Shown one piece after another: positions 17,402 to 24,052 of a stretch of DNA of 24,052 nucleotides. A program made the translations under genes and the position numbers. The stretch's first letter is position 1, and each line of letters opens with the position of its first letter. Origin of the DNA: Candidatus Eiseniibacteriota bacterium (GTDB taxonomy: Bacteria; Eisenbacteria; RBG-16-71-46; JABDJR01; JAWXBZ01); contig JAWXBZ010000027.1 in assembly GCA_034440375.1 (NCBI GenBank), forward strand, positions 1-24,052, given 5' to 3'. The notes below the pieces were generated by a model. It saw nothing but the letters and a program-made list of their open reading frames with translations, ran no database searches and had not been told where the DNA came from.

Positions 17402-18429
17402 CGCTCACCGTTCTTCGCGAAACCAACCCGCTTCTCTGGGGCGCCCTGATCAAGGCCGATCCGGATGCCACGATCTTTCACGAGCCGGCCTTTCTTGACG
17501 CGCTGATCGCCGTTTATCCTGAATTCCGGCCGCATCACCTGGTGGCGCGTGATCCGGCCGGCCGAATCCTCGGCGCCCTTCCGGGGATCGCCATCGAACG
17601 GCCGGGCCTGTCGCAGCTTCTATCGCTCCCCTTCGGTTCGTACGGCACGCCACTGGTGGCGGCCGGTGCCGAAGCCTTCACGGACAAGGCCACCGGTGCT
17701 CCTTTGGCCGACATCCGCGGCTCCCTCGTGGATCGCTGGTTCGTCGAGGCGTCCCGATCCGGTGTCGTGCGGGCACAGCTTGTCCCATTTTCGCCGCGGC
17801 TGGGAGATGCCGCGCTCGGTCGGCTGCCGGAAGAGTGGCGCCGTGGTGAGCGAACACATCTCATCCCGCTCGATGAAGGTTTCGAGGCGATCTGGTTTCA
17901 CCGCTACGACAAGGAGAACCGGACGGCCGCCCGCAAGGCGGTCCGCGTGGGTGTCCTCGTGGCCGAGGAGGAGGGGGGGGCGGAGGTACTCGAGGATCTT
18001 TACCGCCGTCAGGCCCGGGAGTGGACGGGGCACGCGCTCTACCGCTACGGTCTGTTCCGTGAACTTGCCGACCGTCTGGGCGAACAATCGAGGGTCTGGG
18101 TGGCCCGCCACCATGGGGCGCCGGTGTTCGCCGTGATGGCCTTCTACCACAAAGGGACGGTCACCCCCTGGGTGTCGGGGGCCTCGCCCGGCGCGCGGGC
18201 CATTTCGGCCGGAAACCTGATCCACAAGGTGATCATCGAGGATGGATGTCGTCGGGGCCTCAACACCTACAACTTCGGCGGCTCCGGCGGCGTGGGGGGC
18301 ATCGAGGCCTTCAAGGTCGCTTTCGGAGGCGAACCCATCGACTACCATTCCTGGTTTCACGAGGCCCGCTGGTTCGGTCGCCTCCGGAAGGCGCGTCGAC
18401 GCATGCTCTCGTGGCTGGGTCGCGAGTGA
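17398..18429 (+). CDS. GNAT/FemAB-like acyl- or aminoacyl-transferase (CelD/BcsL-like)
   Basis: ATIFH...F, LLSLPFGSYG, R...RKA.R.GV, GNLIH..II..GC..G...YNFG and GIEAFKVAFGG. TTGA overlap with the previous stop. Confidence 0.85.
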   Translation: MTLTVLRETNPLLWGALIKADPDATIFHEPAFLDALIAVYPEFRPHHLVARDPAGRILGALPGIAIERPGLSQLLSLPFGSYGTPLVAAGAEAFTDKATGAPLADIRGSLVDRWFVEASRSGVVRAQLVPFSPRLGDAALGRLPEEWRRGERTHLIPLDEGFEAIWFHRYDKENRTAARKAVRVGVLVAEEEGGAEVLEDLYRRQAREWTGHALYRYGLFRELADRLGEQSRVWVARHHGAPVFAVMAFYHKGTVTPWVSGASPGARAISAGNLIHKVIIEDGCRRGLNTYNFGGSGGVGGIEAFKVAFGGEPIDYHSWFHEARWFGRLRKARRRMLSWLGRE

Positions 18430-20021
18430 ATCTTCCGGCGCGGCGTAGCCCGAAGTCGTGGCACCTGGTCCTGCTCGTCGGCCTGACCCTCGTGCTGTCG
18501 GCGGTGGCCTGGCGGGGATTCGATCCCGAGGTGATCCCGGGCTACAGCGACTACTGGGATTACCTGCAGCTCGGGCGCCAGCTCGCCAGCGGGCATGGTT
18601 TCACATCCCTCTTCACCTACCCGATCTTTCTTCCCGCTTCGGGGGCCGCCGCCGCCAGCGGACTCGAGGCCTTCCCGATGCTCTGGCGCCCACCGCTTTA
18701 CCCCGCCTTTGTAGCCGTTGGCCTGCTCCTGACCGACGGATCCGCCTGGGCGCCGGTGGCAATCAACGTCCTGGCCCACCTGGTGACACTTCTGGCCACC
18801 TATCTGCTGGCACTGGAATTCACCGGTCGGCGTTGGGCTCTGCTGTCGGGCCTGGTGGTTGCGTTGAGCCCGGCGTTGATGGGGCTCGCGGAACCGGGTT
18901 TGGCGACGACACCGTACGCCGCGCTGCTGGTGCTGGCGGCGCGATCGGTACTGAATGCCGACAACCGCCGCCGCGCCGTCCTGGCGGGACTTGGATTCGG
19001 CCTCCTGACGCTGCTCCGCGGTGAGGCGCTCCTCCTGCTGCCCGCCATGATCTGGCTTCTCTGGGCGGGGGAGCGGGGCGATCGCGAGCGGCGCATCTGG
19101 TATTTCCTCTTCGCCGCCATCGTCGTGACACTTCCCTGGACGATTCGAAACTGGATGGTGACCGGCCGCCCCTATTTCGGCGCTTCAAGCCTGCTCTTCG
19201 TCGACACGCGGGACTACCCGGGCTGGGTTTCCTCGCGGATGAGTGTCGGTCTGGATCGATCGGCGCTTCTCTGGGCGGTGGCGAACCCCGATCAGGTTGG
19301 TTGGAAGGCGGCTCGCAACCTCTTTCACTTCCTGGTGCAGGCACTGCTGCTGCCGCTGGCGGCACTGGCTCCCTTTGTCTGGACTGCCGTCGGCCGTCTG
19401 GCCCGTGTCGGGCGAGAATCGGCCTTCTGCGCGTCGGTTCTCATCGCGCTCGGCCTCACGATCGCGGTGCTCTCGCCGCTCGAATACTCCCCGCGTTTCC
19501 TGCACCCCTTCATCCCGCTCCTGACGGTGGTGAGTGTCATCATCCTCGGAAGAATGCGCGAGCAGATCGGCGTGGGACAGGCGGTTCGTTACTCCCGACG
19601 CCCGGTCATCTGGGTGGCCGCGGCGGTCGTCACGCTCGCCGCCCTACAGTTCCTCGGTGGCCTGCGGGACGCCCGCCACGCGCGAGCGGCCTGGGCGAAG
19701 GAGTTCGGGGAACTCAAGGCCACGGACTGGGCCGAAGTTCGCCGTGGGCTCCCCGCGGCCACGCTGATCGATGGTGACTACCCGGCTTACTACGCCTGGA
19801 AGACCGGGAGGCAATTCGTCTGGTGGCGTGCCGACTGTCGCCAACTCGGGCCGGATGGCGAGTTCTTCGCTTCGACCCCCGCGCTCCTGGCGAGGGAGCG
19901 CGGCGTGACGTTCCCTGATCCGATGGGGATCGAGTCGAGCGCGGATCTGGCCGCGCGGACCGGCAAGGCGAATCAAAGGGTTGGCGCCGTCCTGATCCTG
20001 GAAGCCCGCCCCTGCCCGTGA
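18426..20021 (+). CDS. GT-C fold membrane glycosyltransferase (ArnT/PMT-like)
   Basis: SD..DY.QLGR.LA.G.G after TM1, RPPLYP, LAGL.FGL.TL.R.E, LPWTIRN and PRF..PFIP; many TM segments. GTGA overlap. Confidence 0.82.
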   Translation: MNLPARRSPKSWHLVLLVGLTLVLSAVAWRGFDPEVIPGYSDYWDYLQLGRQLASGHGFTSLFTYPIFLPASGAAAASGLEAFPMLWRPPLYPAFVAVGLLLTDGSAWAPVAINVLAHLVTLLATYLLALEFTGRRWALLSGLVVALSPALMGLAEPGLATTPYAALLVLAARSVLNADNRRRAVLAGLGFGLLTLLRGEALLLLPAMIWLLWAGERGDRERRIWYFLFAAIVVTLPWTIRNWMVTGRPYFGASSLLFVDTRDYPGWVSSRMSVGLDRSALLWAVANPDQVGWKAARNLFHFLVQALLLPLAALAPFVWTAVGRLARVGRESAFCASVLIALGLTIAVLSPLEYSPRFLHPFIPLLTVVSVIILGRMREQIGVGQAVRYSRRPVIWVAAAVVTLAALQFLGGLRDARHARAAWAKEFGELKATDWAEVRRGLPAATLIDGDYPAYYAWKTGRQFVWWRADCRQLGPDGEFFASTPALLARERGVTFPDPMGIESSADLAARTGKANQRVGAVLILEARPCP

Positions 20022-21547
20022 CCCGCATTCGCAAGAACGCGCTGGCCATGGGCAGCACCTTCATTGTTCAGGCCTCCTTTGTCGTGCTCCACGTCAAGCT
20101 CCTCACCCACTGGCTTGACCCGGACGAGTTCGGCCTCTACTCCTCGGTGTTCGCTCTCGGCGCGGTATTGTCGAGCATGGCCGAGCTCGGCTTCTCCGTC
20201 GTGTTGCCGCGCTACGGGGCCACGTTCGAAGCGGCCGGCCGTCCGGGAGCGTACCGGGGGATTGTCTGGTCCGCGGTCCGCCTCTGGGCGACCAGCGGGG
20301 TTCTCCTGTGCCTCCTGGTCGGGATGCTCTCGAGCCTGGCTGTCTCTGCCGCCGGCACGGGGAAATTGTCGCCGGGATTGCTGGTCCTCGGCCTGGGTGC
20401 GGCGCTGACGCTTTCGCTTCGATCTCTCGCCTCGGCGGCTTTCCAGGGGCTCAGGCGGATGGGTCCCGCCCTGGCCCTGGAACTGGCCTACATGCTGGGG
20501 CTGACACTCTGGTTCCTGGGATTCCGTGAGGCCCTCGATCCGAGCCTGGTCTTTCTCGGTTTCCTGGTACTCGGCCTTTTGGCCGGCATCACGGGATTCG
20601 TGGTGTTCCACCGGCTGGCACCCCGCCGCGCGCCGTCCGAGGCCCCCGAATCAACCCGATCGCTCCTGCGCGGGATCGTGCCCTACTGGGCGGGCGCCTT
20701 TCTCACCACCATCGTCGCCATATCCGTCGAGAATGCCGATCGGCTGATCCTGGCCACGCTCGTGCCTCTTTCCGCCGTCGGAGCCTGGCACGTGGCCGGG
20801 AGAATCAGCCTGTTCCTCCGCAAGATCCTGTTTGTATTTCAGCAGGTGGCCGGTCCGGAATTCGCATGGAAATGGGAGCGCGGCGCGCGGCAGGAACTGG
20901 TGAGCGATGTTGTGCTGTTCATGAAGGTGGAGTGGGCTCTCGGCGTTCTTCTGGCCGTCGGCGTGGCGCTCCTGGCCCGCTTCGGCGTCTTGATCGCAAG
21001 CAATGAACGCTACCTGGAGGCGGCGCCGGCGCTCACGGCGATGGCCGGATCGATGACGGTGCTGTGCCTCTCCGCGCCACTCACCACGTTCCTCCGCGCC
21101 GCCGGAAGAATCGAGATCACGGTGATGGCCGAGGTGATCTGGCTGGGAGGGGCGCTCGTCCTGGGTTCCCTGCTTCTCCCCTGGTTTGGCCTCATGGGCT
21201 TCGGATTGGGTGGTGTCATTGCCGCGATTCTGGCGCTTCTGTACACTCTTGCCACTCTTCACCGTCGGGCGTTGCCGCGCCCGCCGTTGTCATTGATCAT
21301 CATCCTTCTCCCGACCGGCCTCGCGCTCTGGGCCGGTGCGGCCTGGCTCGGATCACAGCCGATACTCCACGATTGGCCGATGGCTTTTGCCATCGCGATC
21401 GGCCTGACAGCCGGGATGGGCGTCACGCTGCTCCGGAGCCGATTTTTTTCACCGGTCGAGCGGGAGCGTCTGGCCAGTTTCCTGGGCTCCGGGTCGGCGG
21501 CCGTACTCGGCCGACGGATCCTGGGCGCCAAATCATCGACGTCCTGA
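20018..21547 (+). CDS. Wzx-like oligosaccharide flippase (polysaccharide biosynthesis protein)
   Basis: RIRKNA..., LTHWL.PDEFGLY, ELGF...LPRY and ADRLIL......VGAW..A; about 13-14 hydrophobic segments. Confidence 0.85.
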   Translation: MTRIRKNALAMGSTFIVQASFVVLHVKLLTHWLDPDEFGLYSSVFALGAVLSSMAELGFSVVLPRYGATFEAAGRPGAYRGIVWSAVRLWATSGVLLCLLVGMLSSLAVSAAGTGKLSPGLLVLGLGAALTLSLRSLASAAFQGLRRMGPALALELAYMLGLTLWFLGFREALDPSLVFLGFLVLGLLAGITGFVVFHRLAPRRAPSEAPESTRSLLRGIVPYWAGAFLTTIVAISVENADRLILATLVPLSAVGAWHVAGRISLFLRKILFVFQQVAGPEFAWKWERGARQELVSDVVLFMKVEWALGVLLAVGVALLARFGVLIASNERYLEAAPALTAMAGSMTVLCLSAPLTTFLRAAGRIEITVMAEVIWLGGALVLGSLLLPWFGLMGFGLGGVIAAILALLYTLATLHRRALPRPPLSLIIILLPTGLALWAGAAWLGSQPILHDWPMAFAIAIGLTAGMGVTLLRSRFFSPVERERLASFLGSGSAAVLGRRILGAKSSTS

Positions 21548-21587
21548 TGCGGTCCCCGGGCCGCAACTTTCGGGGAGTCTCATCAAC

Positions 21588-22625
21588 GTGATCTGGAATC
21601 GATTCCTGGTTCGAGCGCATTGCCTTCGCCAACGGGCGGGGATGATTGCCGGCGCCGTGCTGATCTTCATGACCCTGGGCGGTTGTTCAGATGCCCCGAA
21701 GGTGGCGCCCGGCTGCTATCTGAATGGATCCGTCCCGGGCCCGGCGCGTCGCGCGGTCGAGAAGGCGGCCGACACGTTCTACGAGCAGCTCCGCTCCCGC
21801 CAGTACGAGGCCGCCTACACGGAGGCGGCCGCCCAGATGAAACAGAGGGTCGACAAGCAGCAGGTTGCGATGGCCTGGACCTCGATTGCGGAAATCCTCA
21901 CGCTGCCGGCCACGCTCGCTACCGAGGAAATCGCGCTGGTGGCGGTCGCCGAAGGCGATCGTGGCCCGCGCGAACTCGTCTGCACGGATCCGGCCGATAC
22001 CTCCGCCTCACGCCGCATGATGGCCACGGACCAGCCGCTTCAGACCTATCTCATTCAGAGCGGCCTCGTGAATGGCACGCTCTATAATTTCGCGTCGGTC
22101 TGGTTCTACGAGGAAGGGAAGTGGCGTATTGCCACCTTTGGCACCAAGCCGAGGGCGGTGGCCGATCACGATTGGGCCTGGTGGCGGAATCTGGCCCGGG
22201 AGCAGCAAACGCGCGGACACTCCCGAAATGCGGCGCTTCTGTACAACCTGGCGATGGACCTCCTGGTGCCGGCTCCCTGGGTGCGGCCGGGCGCCCTCGA
22301 CCAGCTCATGGCCGAGCAGCGAAAGGTCTATCCGGAAAACCTGCCCAACAATCGAAAGGAGCGGTGGGTGACGTTGGATGACACCGAGTTCTTCCCCTAC
22401 CTGTCGAATTGCGACATCGTGCCGGGGGGGGTGGGCGTTCGGTTCACCTACGAGGTGCCGGCGGGCGTCGACTCGGCGCACGTCGCCGCCGAGGCGCCGA
22501 AGCTGGCCGATTTCGTCCGAACCACGTTTCCGGAGTATGCAGAAGTGTTTCGCCTGGTCCGGCTGGAAGCCGTCCGCACTGGTGATCGGACACCGGTCTG
22601 GGCCGGTGACTTCCCGCTCCGGTAG
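21588..22625 (+). CDS. Hypothetical lipoprotein
   Basis: Hydrophobic stretch ending in lipobox LGG-C. Start is GTG 21588 or ATG 21642. The segment A..FYE.LR..QYEAAY...to EEGKWRI resembles NTF2-like small domains (tentative). Confidence 0.7.
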   Translation: MIWNRFLVRAHCLRQRAGMIAGAVLIFMTLGGCSDAPKVAPGCYLNGSVPGPARRAVEKAADTFYEQLRSRQYEAAYTEAAAQMKQRVDKQQVAMAWTSIAEILTLPATLATEEIALVAVAEGDRGPRELVCTDPADTSASRRMMATDQPLQTYLIQSGLVNGTLYNFASVWFYEEGKWRIATFGTKPRAVADHDWAWWRNLAREQQTRGHSRNAALLYNLAMDLLVPAPWVRPGALDQLMAEQRKVYPENLPNNRKERWVTLDDTEFFPYLSNCDIVPGGVGVRFTYEVPAGVDSAHVAAEAPKLADFVRTTFPEYAEVFRLVRLEAVRTGDRTPVWAGDFPLR

Positions 22626-22626
22626 G

Positions 22627-23742
22627 GTGAGTCACCTGGCCCGTGAGGATCGCCTGACGCTGGCCTATCTCTCCATTGGCCGGCATATCCACACCGAGCG
22701 CTGGCTGACCTGGTTCGCCCGCCGCGGGCACCGAGTCCATCTTCTCACCGTTCAGCCCGGGCCGATGCCGGGTGTCACCGTCCATGACATCACATCCACC
22801 GGGGGACCGAAGGCGCTCCGATACGCGAAGAGTCTCCGGAAAGTGAAGGACATTCTCAATGTCCTCAATCCGGATCTCCTGCACACGCACTTCCTTACCG
22901 GTTACGGCTACTGGGGGCATTTCAGCGGCCGGAAACCGCACGTGCTCACCGTCTGGGGCGACGACGTCTACGTCACGCCGTTCGAATCACCGATCAAGAA
23001 GTGGCTGGCCAATCAGGTGCTCCGGGGCGCCGACTACGTGACCGGCGACAGCCGGGACATCATCGAGGCCTGCATCAAGCTTGGCGCACGACCTGGGCGC
23101 ACCGAGGTGATCCAGTGGGGTGTCGACTTCGCGAAGTTCCACCCGGATGCCGCCGGCCCTGTGCGCGATTCGCTGGGCATCCCGGCAAAGGCAATGGTGG
23201 TCCTTTCGACCCGTTCCTTCACGCAGGCCTATTACAACATCGACGTGATCATCGATTCGATTCCGATCGTCCAGCGGCAATTTCCCGACGTGGTGTACAT
23301 CATCGCGGGGAACGAGGGCTCGGACGAAACGATCCGCGCCCGGGCCCGGGAACGGGGAGTCGAGGCCGCCTGTCGCTTCGTGGGACGCATTCCGCACGAC
23401 GATCTCCCGACTTTCCTGACGTCCTCACACATTTACCTCACCGTGCCGTCGGTCGACGCAACCGCAGTCAGCCTGCTCGAGGCGATGGCCGCCGGAACGG
23501 CCGTCATCTGCACCGATCTCGCCTCCGCCACGGAATGGATCATCGATGGCGAATCGGGCCGCGTCGTCCGCCCGCGCGACATCGACAAACTGGCCGCCGC
23601 CACGATCGAACTGCTGGGTGATCCCGAGGCACGCCGACGATATGGTCAACGGGCGGTGGCCATCGTCCGCGCCGGGGCGGACCATGACCGGAGCATGGCC
23701 CGCGTGGAGGAAATCTACCGGGAGCTGGTGGCGCGGCGATAG
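22627..23742 (+). CDS. Glycosyltransferase family 4 (GT-B)
   Basis: HTERW..WF..RGH.VH, PDLLHTH, LTVWGDD, IQWGVD, FVGRIPH and SLLEAMAAG..VI.TD. Likely start GTG 22627. Confidence 0.9.
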   Translation: MSHLAREDRLTLAYLSIGRHIHTERWLTWFARRGHRVHLLTVQPGPMPGVTVHDITSTGGPKALRYAKSLRKVKDILNVLNPDLLHTHFLTGYGYWGHFSGRKPHVLTVWGDDVYVTPFESPIKKWLANQVLRGADYVTGDSRDIIEACIKLGARPGRTEVIQWGVDFAKFHPDAAGPVRDSLGIPAKAMVVLSTRSFTQAYYNIDVIIDSIPIVQRQFPDVVYIIAGNEGSDETIRARARERGVEAACRFVGRIPHDDLPTFLTSSHIYLTVPSVDATAVSLLEAMAAGTAVICTDLASATEWIIDGESGRVVRPRDIDKLAAATIELLGDPEARRRYGQRAVAIVRAGADHDRSMARVEEIYRELVARR

Positions 23743-23831
23743 GATCGACCTTGTCTTCTGACAAAGGATCGCCCGGGGGACCAATCCGCCGTCACGAATC
23801 AGGTGCAAAGGGGCGTGATACACTGACGATC

Positions 23832-24052
23832 GTGATCGCCAGTCTCATCGTTCCGACTCACGGCAAGCTCCCGCTCCTCCGCCGCACATTGCGCTCCCTT
23901 GAGCTCCAGGCCAAGGACACATGGCCGTTCGAGGTGGTCGTCATCGACGATGCCTCCCCCGACGACACACCACAATTCCTGGCCAGCTACGACGGACCGC
24001 TGACCCTCCGTACCGTGCGACAGCCGGCCAATCGCGGTCGCGCCGCGGCGCG
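23832..24052 (+). CDS. Glycosyltransferase family 2, 5' part (runs off the window)
   Basis: Manual translation from GTG 23832: MIASLIVPTHGKLPLLRRTLRSLELQ...FEVVVIDDASPDDT...NRGRAAAR. TGaTACACT lies 7 nt upstream. Confidence 0.88.
   Translation, partial: MIASLIVPTHGKLPLLRRTLRSLELQAKDTWPFEVVVIDDASPDDTPQFLASYDGPLTLRTVRQPANRGRAAA

Noticed and set aside
17973-17980. G8 tract in the GNAT (also G8 at 22424-22431 and G7 at 13171-13177) as phase-variation switches
   Set aside because: The tracts are short, in frame, encode Gly, and are expected in GC-rich DNA.
23744-23770. TTGTC/GACAA hairpin after the GT4 gene
   Set aside because: The stem is short and imperfect, with no U-tract.
1-24052. CRISPR array, tRNA or rRNA genes
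   Set aside because: I saw no regularly spaced repeats or recognisable structural RNA signatures by eye. An Infernal or tRNAscan run would be decisive.

Overview
GC-rich bacterial window. A FlgD-Ig/T9SS-CTD-like tail and a TWGRIK-type C-terminus suggest an FCB-adjacent lineage such as Eisenbacteria or Krumholzibacteriota (inference). Most of it is a + strand surface-glycan locus: heparinase II/III-like lyase, UDP-GlcA decarboxylase, polyprenol-P-mannose synthase-like GT2, a GT2 fused to a degenerate WcaJ-type phosphoglycosyl transferase, a PorZ-like beta-propeller, a membrane-anchorless CapD/PglF dehydratase, a FemAB-like GNAT, a GT-C transferase, a Wzx-like flippase, a lipoprotein, a GT4 and a partial GT2. 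An accessory block at about 6.5-11.6 kb interrupts it. That block holds a DUF5674 gene pair, a frameshifted choice-of-anchor L protein with a hidden TWGRIK tail, a deleted second copy of the GT2 gene abutting a Ser/Thr kinase stub, a Phd-VapC toxin-antitoxin pair with a clear operator, and an SDR. A divergent MtaD-like amidohydrolase runs off the left edge. The main hypothesis is that the PorZ-like gene, GNAT and glycan genes form a glycan-anchor system for C-terminally sorted surface proteins, analogous to the A-LPS/Vim pathway of Bacteroidota. All family assignments come from motif recognition by eye; no searches were run.
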